Below are positions 24,961 to 36,890 of a stretch of DNA of 64,000 nucleotides, piece by piece. Position numbers and translations under genes: made by a program. Source of the DNA: Octopus sinensis (taxonomy: Eukaryota). The stretch lies in assembly GCF_006345805.1 (NCBI RefSeq), contig NC_043004.1:13826001-13890000 (forward strand). The letters run 5' to 3'. A model generated the notes under the pieces. That model was not told the origin of the DNA and did no database searches. It worked only from the letters and a program-made list of their open reading frames with translations. Position 1 is the first letter of the stretch. The number at the start of each line of letters is the position of its first letter.

Positions 24961-26059
24961 AAAGGAATACAGAACATAAGAAAATAGGCGCGACTGTGAA
25001 ATTAGGCGCAAGCGTGGCTGTGTGGCAAGTCGTTTTCTTACAAATTACATGGTTCTTGGTTCAGTCCTATTGCATGGCACATTGGGCTCCTGTTTTCTAC
25101 TATAGTCTCGTGCCTACCAAAGTTTAGCGAATGGATTTGACAGACGGAAGCCCGTCGAATATACATACATACATACATACATACATGCATAATACATACA
25201 TACGTACGTACGTACGTACATTATTTCAAAAAGTTTGCCATTAAGGCATTACACAGAGTAGCTTTGCGGGTTGGACAGGTACATTAATGAGATGAATGAT
25301 AAAAAAGATTAAAATAATATTGATGGGAGAAAACAAAAACGCCCGCCGATTTTTGCTCCTCTAATACATTATTCTTTTTTTTTTTTTTAACACAAAATGA
25401 GGTATTAAACTTCTTACTTTAATTTAACAAATCTTCTTTTGTCTTTCACACAAAAATGAGGCAATAAACCTCTTACACTTTACTGAGTCACCAATTCTCT
25501 TGCAGCCTCCTGGTAACGGTGCAGCCGCACTTCGGGCCTCCAAACAAAATAATTGAAATCTTTCTTCGAAAAGCACTCAGCTATTCGAAGGAAATCATCT
25601 TCTTTTATCACTAGCGCCACCACCTCCAGAGGCCAATGATGAGTTCCAGTACAGGCCGATTCTATCAAGTCCTGCCCCACCAGAAAGCTCCTTACGAAGT
25701 TTTCAACAATACATACATACATACATACATACATACATACATACATACATACAAACATACACACAACCATATGTGACACTATGTTTGTTCCACACTACCG
25801 TTTGACAACTAGTGACGGTTTGTTTACCTTCCTGTGACCGAGCGGTTCGGCAGAAAGAGACTTAAGCACTGGGGTCGATTCGTTCAACTAAGCTCATCAT
25901 GGCGTTGCCCCGACATGACCATAGTTCAGTGACTGAAACAAGTAAGAGATAAAAAAGAAATAAATAGATAAATTGCTTCCCAACGAATCTAATCGATTGA
26001 GTTATTTGAATAAAGTAATCGAAGTTCAGTCAAGGACACGTAACAACAACAAGTTATGG

Positions 26060-26159
26060 NNNNNNNNNNNNNNNNNNNNNNNNNNNNNNNNNNNNNNNNN
26101 NNNNNNNNNNNNNNNNNNNNNNNNNNNNNNNNNNNNNNNNNNNNNNNNNNNNNNNNNNN
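26060..26159. other. Assembly gap (100 N)
   Basis: Run of n. Confidence 1.
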
Positions 26160-26514
26160 GTTTGCTAAGTGCATTATCGTTAAGCATGACTCCAACGTTT
26201 TCGATAAAGTAATCGCGGAGAAAATGAGAGAGATAAAGAAGTGACGAATTAGAAGAAACAAGCTAAGGTTACCCGTGTTATATTTGTAGCAAGTGTGAGA
26301 GAAGATGCCATTAGAAATGTTGGCCCTCAACATCGATTATGTAACGGAGCGCTTTTGTAGGAGTTATATATATATATATATCTATATACTAATTTACACG
26401 TTTAATCTGCTCCACGACTTGATATCCTACTTTATGATTAAAGACGACGGATGCTACGCGGCAACGAAACTTCAAGTAATGTAGAGCTGAGTCAAACAGT
26501 GATACATACACATA

Positions 26515-26962
26515 CTCTTTTTCACTCTTTTACCTGTTTCAGTATTTTGAGTGGGCCATGCTGGGGGCCAGGCACTGCCTTTAGTCGAGTAAATCGACTC
26601 CTGGACTTATTCTTTGTAAGCTAGTAGTTATCGGTCTATTCGCCGAACGCTAGTTACGGGGACGCAAACACACCACCATAGGTTGTCAAGCGAAGGATGC
26701 TGGGAGTACAAGCACAGACACAAATATATACACACACATACACACACACACATATAATATATATGTGTGTGTGTGTATATAAGACATATATAGATATATA
26801 AGACAGGCTTCCTTCAGTTTCCGTTTGCCAAATCCATTCACAAGGCTTTGGTCCGCCCGAGGCTATAGTAGAAGACACATGGCCAAGATACCACGCAGTG
26901 GGACTGAACCTGGAACCATGTATTTGGGAAGCAAGCTACTTACCACACAACCACTCCTGCGC
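26515..26962 (-). mobile_element. Full-length SINE family A
   Basis: Reverse complement of the 13310 copy. Confidence 0.88.
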
Positions 26963-27087
26963 ATAATACATACACATATATGTGGAGTGAGAGAGAGAAA
27001 GAGAGAGACAGAAAGTGTCTGAGAGAGTGCGAGAGAGATTGAAATACTTTAGCGTATACATACATACATACATACATAAATACATGC

Positions 27088-27121
<34 letters not shown>

Positions 27122-27333
27122 ATGTGAAATAGAAAGATGAATAATCTTGTAGTAGATTAAACAAAAGTTTAACCGATACCTTAGTAGCAAAAAAATCACA
27201 GCAGTAAACAGCACGGTTGGAGGTACAACCAACTGGCGTTGCAACCGTGCGTTGGTGCGGATAATTGAAATTAAAACATTATTGGTGAATTGAAGAAATG
27301 GAGCTGAACGCAGATTGAACAGAAATCGTTTTA

Positions 27334-27421
27334 TTTCATTCTAACGTGTTTCGAAAGGCACAAATTACCACAAAATCCGATTGAATAATGGGACCATATG
27401 TGTCTTTTCTTCAGGAAGAAA
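27334..27421 (-). ncRNA. Hammerhead in the sense pseudo-LTR, with two single-base losses
   Basis: CTGAAGA-AAAG...CTTTC-GAAAC-ACGT-TA-GAATGAAA; one G is missing from stem II and one from the cleavage triplet relative to the 29.8 kb copy. Confidence 0.55.
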
Positions 27422-28009
27422 AAAGGAAATCCGTTGGAAAAACAAAAACAGAACAGAGGCGGAGCAAAAACAAAAACAAATCGAACTATGCTCCTAAGAG
27501 CCCATGGCGAAACTGTTTATCAGTGTATGTTGAGAACCGGTGGCTGAAGAATTCAAAGGGTCAGCATCGGTCAATCATGAGGGTGAGGGTGTATAGATGT
27601 TCTTTGTGACCGAGAATAAGTTCTGACTATTTATGGAATATTGGATGTTTATAAGGGGCGAAAAAAAATCTACTTAGAGACGTGTGTGTATACTGTTCTA
27701 ATATGTGTGTGTTGGCGTAGGGGTAGAAAACATTTTTGTGTACGTGTGTGCGTTTGATCGTTCGGCTGTCAGTGGCTACTGCCGTGATAACCGTTGGGTG
27801 GCAGAAAGAAAAAAAATATATTATATTATGTTTTATGTGTGTGTGTGTTCATCTAAGCCTGCCTGTCAAGGAAAACCCCCGCTGTGAAAAAACCAAGCCC
27901 CGTTTGTCTTACAGGAGTAATTCCCTTGCAGTGGTTAATCGTAGATATCTTAAAGGCTATTTCAGAATTTGTTACCAAGGGCTATGGGTGCCGGTATTAT
28001 TTATAAACG

Positions 28010-29010
28010 CTATTTAAAAGCCAGATAAGTGTAACGCCGCCAATGGGGGCATCGAAAAGCCGACTGTAAGAGCCCGTTTACCATCCGGCCTCTGGCAAAC
28101 AAAATATGGAAGTGTTCGGAGACACAAAGGTTGCACTGTCTTCTGCCCCTATCAAATGGGAGGGCCACCGACAAAATTGACCATTCCAGCCTATAGCTTA
28201 AGTTCGTATCCTTCAGTCGCCATATTAGCTTACTGAGTCCCGTGGTCTGGCGCTTGTTCACGTCCCGAAAAGTTGCGTAATGGTTGGAGACACGCAAAGA
28301 CAATCTTGAGGATGATGCCCCTACATAAGTGAAGACATCTGAGTCCGTGTAAACCTTGCATTGGTAGACGGCGTTTTTGATCTTGGAGTTCGCCGACGTG
28401 AATCTTATCTGCTAGGATTGGTTTCTGAAATTAGAACTGCGTTCCTGTCACTATATTCGTTCCGAGACCTGCAGCCGCTTACTACTCTATTTCCACTACG
28501 TCACTATTAACTATAGGAATAACCCTGATTCTCCACTATCTATCAGAGTGCTGTCATTGCTACTGCCCGTGGTGCTGCTATTGCGGGAAATGATGCTGGG
28601 GATGCTATTGGGGCTCTCTACCCTACTCCCATGTTACCGTCAACCACAACACCCCTATTTATAACTATACCCCTAGTGGGTACTCCCTGGCTGGAGCTGA
28701 GATTATGTGTCACTGTACTGGCTCTCATATCATTATTACTACTATAATTATTCCTACTGAGCATTAAACCGGGAGCGGAAGAGGCTGTGCCTCCGGAAAA
28801 AGGTGATAGGGTCTTAGTAAGTAGCCCATTATTATGGGAGGCGATTATCTGGGCGAGTTTTTAGTGTTGGAGAAAGCTATCCTAACTTTATGTGAGTAAC
28901 CGTGGAGTAATATTTGGAATTTCTGGGGAAGTTATGGCGATGGCTTGTCTAAACATGAGGGGGAGGTTAGTTCTAATCTGCTTACCAAAGGGGATACAAA
29001 CCAATATGCT
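28010..29010 (-). pseudogene. Penelope-like ORF C-terminus: linker plus GIY-YIG endonuclease
   Basis: Manual translation WFVSPFGKQIRTNL...KVRIAFSNTKN..QIIASHNNGLL (cf. WFNPPYSxxVxTNxG...VKVSYSCxxN...IxSHN), then KNAVYQCKV...TYVGASSSRLSLRVSNHYATFR...GLSKLIWRLKD...CNLCVSE...RCPH. Interrupted by stops and frameshifts. Confidence 0.88.
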
Positions 29011-29808
29011 TATTCCTATCAGTGTGATGGGTCGGGACGCCAGCTCTCGCATTCGGGTGGGTGATTCTCGGATGAATAACGGGTCTTGGGTTAGTGTAGG
29101 ACCTCCCGGACCGATAATTATCCTTGTTCGCTAAATTAAACGGGCTCTTACAGTCAGCTTTTCGATGCCCCCATTGGCGGCGTTACACTTATCTGGCTTT
29201 TAAATAGCGTTTATAAATAATACCGGCACCCATAGCCCTTGGTAACAAATTCTGAAATAGCCTTTAAGATATCTACGATTAACCACTGCAAGGGGAATTA
29301 CTCCTGTAAGACAAACGGGGCTTGGTTTTTTCACAGCGGGGGGTTTCCTTGACAAGGCAGGCTTAGATGAACACGCACACACATAAAACATAATATATAT
29401 ATATATTTTTTTTCTTTCTGCCACCCAACGGTTATCACGGCAGTAGCCACTGACAGCCGAACGAAACAAAGCACACACGTACACAAAAAAATGTTTTCTA
29501 CCCCTACGCCAACCACACATATATAGAACAGTATACACACACCACGTCTCTAAGTAGATTTTTTCTCGCCCCTTATAAAACATCCAATATTCCTTAAATA
29601 GTCAGAACTTTATTCTCGGTCACAAAGAACATCTATACACCCTCACCCACATGATTGACCGATGCCTGACCCGTTGAATTCTTCAGCCACCGGTTCTCAA
29701 CATACACTGATAAACAGTTTCGCCATGGGCTCTTAGGAGCATAGTTCGATTTGTTTTTGTTTTTGCTCCGCCTCTGTTCTGTTTTTGTTTTTCCAACGGA
29801 TTTCCTTT

Positions 29809-29897
29809 TTTCTTCCTGAAGAGAAAGACACAATATGGTCCCATTATTCAATCGGATTTTGGTAATTTGTGCCTTTCGAAACACGTGTAGAATGAAA
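29809..29897 (+). ncRNA. Type I hammerhead ribozyme in the inverted pseudo-LTR
   Basis: TTCTTC-CTGAAGA-GAAAG...CTTTC-GAAAC-ACGT-GTA-GAATGAAA; 5-bp stem II, palindromic ACACGTGT helix III, GUA at 29887-29889. Confidence 0.8.
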
Positions 29898-30840
29898 TAA
29901 AACGATTTCTGTTCAATCTGCGTTCAGCTCCATTTCTTCAATTCACCAATAATGTTATATATATATAATATATATATATATATGCAGGCATGCACACATA
30001 CACGAGCCCGCGCACACGCGCACAGGTACAGAGGAAAGGAGAAAAAGGGGCGAGAGTGACGCTCATGAACGCTGTGATATGAACTGTGAATGTTACTTAC
30101 TCGATCTGTGGTTACATTGACTGTTGCACTCGTAGTAATTACAACCGTAACTGAAATGAAAGAAAAAATAACACCATCATCATCATCATCATCATACCCA
30201 TTATCAAAAACAACAACATCGGTAGTTAATATGTACAGCTCGTAATAACAACCTTATCGTATACTGTACTGTAACCTTATCCTTATCGTATACTGTACTG
30301 TTTAAAATAAATAGTGATGTGACATTGCATAAAAATATTCTTAGATATACAGATAGGTGCATGAGTGGATATGAACGCAGGCATGGGTGTGTGATCAGTA
30401 GCTTACTTACCAACCACATGGTTCCGGGTTCAGTCCCACTGTGTAGCACCTTGAGCAATTGTCTTCTAATATACCCCCGGGAATTATGGGTACACCAGCT
30501 AGTATATGCATATATATATATGTAGGTAGTTAAGTTTATTTGCCAACATAATGGAGCAGACCTATACAAGGACGATGTTGCTGTTTTTTATCCTCAGGAA
30601 AGCACACAGTTTGTGCCTATATAGTATTTGCAAGGGAGGTTATCGCTTGCATATACTATGACATCACTTGCATATGGTATAAAGGGGCACAAGCTGAGTG
30701 TCGGTAGCCAATTGGGAAAGATGCTTTTCTAGGGCTAAAGAACAGTAACGTCGTCATCGTAAATGACTGCCACGTACTATTCGGTACGGTTACTGCATAT
30801 CTCTCGTTCGGAGATTTAAAACAAGTTATATATAGATATA

Positions 30841-31073
30841 CAGGGCGGCTCAAAAGTAGGTGAAGTTATCACATAGGCACTTTAAATTACTTTTAAAACG
30901 TTTTATTACATTTAAATTTCTATCTTACAAATTGAAAAGAGAGCTTGACAGAATTAACTAAATTAGCAATAAATAATGGTTTCATATTTTTTTATAATTA
31001 TGATCTAAACTATTAATATATGAATGCGAAAGAGATAGTTGAATAACTGTAAACCTACTTTTGGGCCACCCTG
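30841..31073. mobile_element. Tc1/mariner-type MITE
   Basis: TIRs CAGGGCGGCTCAAAAGTAGGT / ACCTACTTTTGGGCCACCCTG flanked by a TA target duplication. Confidence 0.85.
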
Positions 31074-31559
31074 TATATGTATGTATGTTTGTATGTTTGT
31101 ATGTATGTATGTATGTATGTATGTATGTATGTATGCATGTATGTATGTATGTATGTATGTATGTATGTATGTGTCAATGTATGTATAAATTTGTAGTGTA
31201 ATTGAAAGGATTCATAGAATCATGTGGCTGTAACAAAAAGCTCCTCTAACTGACCCGGCTAGCAGCCCACCGTTTAATTAATCCAATATCGAAAAGTATA
31301 ATGCAGAGTCCTATGCAGCTGAAATTTGATTTCAGGTATTAGTGTAACCATGATGTTCTGGCGATCTGATGAGCTAGCCTTACACTGATTTGTAAACATA
31401 CAATTGTATTGTATAATGCATAGGACGCATATTAGTGTAGACATGGAAAATAATTTATTATACACTGAAATTATTAGATGATGAAGGCTATCTATTTATC
31501 TATCTATCTATTGATCAACTTTTTTTCCTCTCCCCTTTTCTTCCCCCACTTTTTTAAAA

Positions 31560-31707
31560 AATCCTCCCCTTTTTTTGTCCTCTTTCTTTCCTTTTCTGAT
31601 CCCTTTTGATCGAAAACCAACCCCCATTTTTTTTACCCCCAAAAGAAAAGCTCTACCTTGTAATTTGTTCTGTCTGTGTGCAGCCCTGTGTGGCTAATAA
31701 AGAAACA

Positions 31708-31792
<85 letters not shown>
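31560..31792 (+). mobile_element. Retroelement 3' end (probably L1/Tx1-like) with a (TATC)n tail; second copy at 36480-36820
   Basis: Two dispersed copies of ATCCCTTTTGATCGAAAACC...AAAGCTCTACCTTGTAATTTG...CAGCCCTGTGTGGCTAATAAAGAAA followed by (TATC)n; clade assignment is inferred. Confidence 0.55.
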
Positions 31793-31793
<1 letters not shown>

Positions 31794-32953
31794 CTTATCT
31801 AGATAGCTAGCTATATATCACACACATATATATATTTTAAAATCCACAACTATCGGGCCTTCAGTTGTTACTTTTGCACTGCTACTGTAGATGAAGCTCA
31901 GCCAAATGTACTTCTTCCAGACAGTGTATGAACATATTAACATTGGCTACACGGTAGTAAACCAATACTGTTGTTAGCTTATGTGTTCGATTTCTTTCCA
32001 TGTTGAAAATTGTTAAAGTGTTTGCTATATGCATTATTCTTTAAGCGTATTTTCAATAAATTCGATAACATAATCACAGGGGAAAATGAAGAGAGATAGC
32101 GAAATGACGAATTAGAAGAAGCAAGATAAGATTACCAGAAGAATAATATAAAATTGGGCATGAATTCACGTAGCGAAGAGAAAAAGATATGGTGTTATCT
32201 GTATAGCAAATACGAGGGGGTATACTTTTACGAAATCTAGCCCCTCAGCACGGTTTATGCAACAAGAATGGAGATTATTAATGTTTGAGATATATGCATA
32301 GAAGCAAATTTCATTAATAATGCGCGGTCATGATGAAGCGTTTATTTAATACTGCTCTTATACTGTGGATTATTCTGTGCCAAGATGGTGATACCAATTT
32401 ACCTTCCCATTTATAGACAAGGATGGGTTTCATTGACTGACTAAACCAGTCTCAATGATAAACATAGAAGGTTCGATTACCTTTATGTGCGCAAGAATTA
32501 TATCATAAAATATTATGCAGCTTTCTCTAGCGAGCGTTCGCATCTAGATATACAGGCAAAAACAAAAGATAACAGCTCTTAAAGTAGAAGTGAGAAGAGT
32601 CTAACAAAGAATATAGATTCCAATGGTGTTTAATCTTAAGACTAATACTTCAGTACTGCATACTTCATATTTAAAACATCCTAATTCTGCTAAAAAAATG
32701 AGTGAATCCGAGGCTTTAAAAATTACATTTGAGCAAGCAGCCTCACAGTGGGCTCAAACCAGAGACGTCAAACATGCACAGGCACACGCACACATACACA
32801 CAGAGAAAGAAACAGAGAGAAACAGAGGGAAGACAGAGAGGAAGAGAAAGAAAAGGAGAGAAAGTGAGAAATACGGAGAGTAATTCGAACATTCGAAGTT
32901 ACTGTCAAGAAGTCCTTTGTCAAATAGGCTTTGCTACAGAACAATATAAGGTA

Positions 32954-33430
32954 CAGTAGTAACTCGCTATATCGTGGTTCACCTACCGCGCCCTCAGTAC
33001 ATCGCGGATTTTCCAGGCTTCTATATGTACATTTATATCGCGAACTCCTCAGCATATCGCGGGTTTCTGCAGATGATAGGTATTTATAATTTCTTTTAGT
33101 TTTTTTTATTATTTCTGTGGTAAAATATGCATTTTCACGCTTAAAAATAAATAATTTAATAAATAAAAAATACAGTACAGTACTGAAGTGTATAAAACAT
33201 TAATTAAATATTAAAGAAAATACGTAGTGTACCGTAGATGAGTAAACAAAGAATCGCACATATTGTATGGAAAACGAAACTCAGGAGGCGAGTGTCTGAT
33301 GTTTTGTATTTATAATAAAATAAATACGTACAAATTATAGAAAAAAAATATACAATACAGTACTGTTTCTACTTCGCAGTTTTCACCTATCGTGGGGGTT
33401 TTGGAACGTAACACCCCCGATAGCATAGGA

Positions 33431-33437
<7 letters not shown>
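32954..33437. mobile_element. pogo/Tigger-like MITE
   Basis: TA|CAGTAGTAACTCGCTATATCG left end, CGATAGCATAGGAATCACTA|TA right end, and internal ATATCGCG repeats. Confidence 0.55.
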
Positions 33438-33479
<42 letters not shown>

Positions 33480-33570
33480 GGTCCCGGGTTGAGTCGGGGT
33501 TAACCACAGTTAATAAGGTATCAATACATAGCAGAAGTAAATTAATTTATTTTATAGAAGGAGCTTCTAC

Positions 33571-33628
33571 AGGAAGCTTCCTGACGATTTCATTTGAATG
33601 AAACGGTTCTAGTCCTGTAGAAGCTCCT
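33571..33628 (+). ncRNA. Type I hammerhead (family of the 43.1 and 44.0 kb pairs)
   Basis: AGGAAGCTTC-CTGACGA-TTTC ATTT GAAT-GAAAC GG TTCTAGTC CT GTA-GAAGCTCCT; U.U at the base of stem II. Confidence 0.65.
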
Positions 33629-33636
33629 TTATAATA

Positions 33637-33691
<55 letters not shown>

Positions 33692-33889
33692 TATATATAG
33701 ATATGTATATAACATATATATATGAGATGGTCTAAACATATATATATGTATCGTTGGCGATTTTTTTCCTCTGTCTCTTCCCTTCTCTCCTGAGCCATCC
33801 AATACTATATTTGTTCCACGTCCTCGCGTTGTTGTATTTTTTGTGCTTTCTTGTTTGGATTAACTATATATTTACAGAGACACACACAC

Positions 33890-33930
<41 letters not shown>

Positions 33931-34514
33931 TATATATATATATACATATATAGATATTGATATATATATAACTATAAAAAAGGGTATCTGAGAGACAACC
34001 ACCATGCGAAGTAGCAGTCAAAACCCTACTCTAAAAACCACCTAAAATGTTCATATCGCAATATGAGACAAGACAGAGTGACAAAATAAACTAGCAAAAA
34101 AGATATTACTGGATAATTCAAGATCCTGGATTTCTAGCTTTGCTTCAAAATAAGCTCTGCTTTCGTCAGTTGAATATACCAGATGGACACATAAATACGA
34201 ATATATATATACAGAACACACGCTATACTTACATATACGAACGTCCATACATACATATATATACTGGCCACTTTGCATCATCTGTCACTTTAGTGACGTA
34301 TATAACTTTGCTTTTAGGTTGTAAAATTTCTAAGGAGCCCAATCACATTATACATATTATATATTTATAAATACATATATATATATATATATATGCATAC
34401 ATATAGTGTGTATATATATATAGATGTATATATATATTAATATATATTATATATTATATATTATATATATATTATATATATATATTATATATATATATGT
34501 ATATAATAATAAAA

Positions 34515-34765
34515 TAATAAATGCGCACTTTTAAAGCCTAGCCAGGCTCCATGGGCCGGTTTCCCAGTTCTATGACGTTCGTGTTCCCCAGGGGACGGGA
34601 CGCCAGTTCTTCGCAGCGTTACTAATTTTGCCGGGCTGAGTGGACTGGAGCAACGTCAAATGAAGTGTTTTGCCCAAGAACACAACGCGTCGCCCGCTCA
34701 AGGAATCGAAACACAATCTTACGATCATGGTGCTGACACCCTAACCATAAGCCACGCGCCTCCAC
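34515..34765 (-). mobile_element. SINE family C
   Basis: Ends ...CCTAACCATAAGCCACGCGCCTCC (reverse of the tRNA-like head). Confidence 0.8.
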
Positions 34766-34952
34766 ATATATATGTTGTATAATATACATACATACATACA
34801 TACTTGCTTACATACTATATTATATATTTATATATATATATGAATACATATACGTACATATATTTATATATATGTACCTACATATACATATATATAATAT
34901 ATATATAATATATATATATATATACTTTATTTTAAGCAGCAGAAATTCAACC

Positions 34953-34999
34953 AAAATCTGTTACTCTGAGTTTCTCGTTGCCGTTCATCAGACAGTTTT
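34953..34999 (-). ncRNA. Type I hammerhead, left arm of the 34925-35088 palindrome
   Basis: Reverse complement is identical in core to the plus-strand copy at 35014-35060. Confidence 0.65.
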
Positions 35000-35013
35000 G
35001 CTAGAATCTAGCA

Positions 35014-35060
35014 AAAACTGTCTGATGAACGGCAACGAGAAACTCAGAGTAACAGATTTT
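35014..35060 (+). ncRNA. Type I hammerhead, right arm
   Basis: AAAACTGT-CTGATGA-ACG GCAA CGA-GAAAC-TCAGA-GTA-ACAGATTTT; GNRA loop II and near-palindromic ACTCAGAGT helix III. Confidence 0.65.
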
Positions 35061-35268
35061 GTTGAATTTTCTGGTGCTTAAAATAAAGCATATTAATCTA
35101 CCACTGGTATTTGAGTACTCTTTTTCCCACCTTGTTTCACATTTATGTGTTTACTCCGGTATATCTATATGTATAGATATATATAAAATTTTTTGCGTAA
35201 TGTGATAAAAAAACCAAGGCTGTATTGATAGATATTAGCGCAATTATAGATACATACGTACATACATA

Positions 35269-35341
<73 letters not shown>

Positions 35342-35579
35342 GTATGTATTATATACATATATATATATATAATGATAAATCTCAGAGCGAGTTATAAACA
35401 TAACGGTAAACATCGTGATGTATAATGCCATTTGCATATGGCTAAACCATAAGGGTGGATGCTACTGTAGTTTGTAGCCCCAGGAAGATATATCCTCCAG
35501 CTGGCTATAGACACATATCTGTGTCCTGTCAGTAGTATTTGTGAAGGGGCGTCATCCTCCCCGTCTTCAACACATGATA

Positions 35580-35625
35580 CACACGTACCCGAGTTTCAAG
35601 GTGTGTTACCTTTCATCAGCGTGTG
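35580..35625 (-). ncRNA. Type I hammerhead, left arm of the 35425-35927 palindrome
   Basis: CACACG-CTGATGA-AAGGT AACAC ACCTT-GAAAC-TCGG-GTA-CGTGTG. Confidence 0.9.
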
Positions 35626-35731
35626 ACAATCATGGTTGTCGATGAGAAGTCAGATCCCTTCACAAATCGACACTGGAAAAAGTATATGTATTTGTGAAGG
35701 GATCTGACTTCTCATCGAAAACCATGATTGT

Positions 35732-35776
35732 CACACGCTGATGAAAGGTAAACACCTTGAAACTCGGGTACGTGTG
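35732..35776 (+). ncRNA. Type I hammerhead, right arm (canonical)
   Basis: CACACG-CTGATGA-AAGGT AAAC ACCTT-GAAAC-TCGG-GTA-CGTGTG; 6-bp stem I extended by CATGAT/ATCATG beyond an internal loop, 5-bp stem II, cleavage predicted after 35770. Confidence 0.92.
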
Positions 35777-35938
35777 TATCATGTGTTGAAGACGGGGAGG
35801 ATGACTCCCTTCACAATACTGACAGGACACAGATAATGTGTCTATAGCCAGCTGGAGGAGATATCTTCCTGGGGCTACAAACTACAGTAGCATCCACCCT
35901 TATGGGTTAGCCATATTCAAATGGCATATATGCATCAT

Positions 35939-35984
<46 letters not shown>

Positions 35985-36422
35985 TCTATATATATAATAT
36001 ATATGCCTACACACACACACACCACACACACATATATATATATTTACATACATACATATATAATGTGTGTCTGTGCATGTGCGTGTCTGTGTGCGTGTGT
36101 ATGAAGGAAGCTATATGCTGGAGTGTCCATATGCACGCAAGTATGAATAACTGAATTCACTCACCATGTAATATACACGAACTTTCGGCGCACAGAAAGA
36201 CGTGTCTCTTAAAAATAATCAATGAATTTGCAACAACGACAATTACAAACTCAACGACGTCTATTCATTGGCCAGTACATATCTGCTCCCCACTATTTCA
36301 CTATCTATCAAACACATCCGCTCATGTTTCAACGTGAAACCAAGGTATAGATTTATCACACACACAAGCATTGCACAAGGACGCGTAGACACACAAGTGC
36401 ACACACTAACACACACACGCAG

Positions 36423-36464
<42 letters not shown>

Positions 36465-36660
36465 TCTATCTATCTATCTATCTTCTTTTTCTTTCATTTT
36501 TTCTTTTTATCTTTTACGATCCCTTTTGATCGAAAACCTACGCCACTTTTTTTTTCATCCTCCAAAAGAAAAGCTCTACCTTGTAATTTGTCCCATCTGT
36601 GTGCAGCCCTGTGTGGCTAATAAAGAAACTCATCTATCTATCTATCTATCTGTTTGTCTG

Positions 36661-36726
<66 letters not shown>

Positions 36727-36751
36727 ATCTATCTGTCTCTCTATCTATCTA

Positions 36752-36822
<71 letters not shown>

Positions 36823-36852
36823 GTGCGTATATATATATGTGTGTGTGTATGT

Positions 36853-36890
<38 letters not shown>

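Larger units (their letters stand above)
27275..29956 (-). mobile_element. 5'-truncated Penelope-like retroelement with inverted pseudo-LTRs (27275-28080 and 29137-29956)
   Basis: About 810-bp arms are reverse complements, flanking a GIY-YIG-encoding remnant; each arm carries a hammerhead motif. Confidence 0.9.

Noticed and set aside
31349-31390. ATGATG...CTGATGA...CTGA, a possible C/D snoRNA or hammerhead core
   Set aside because: Too short for a snoRNA, with no terminal stem and no stem II-GAAA for a hammerhead.
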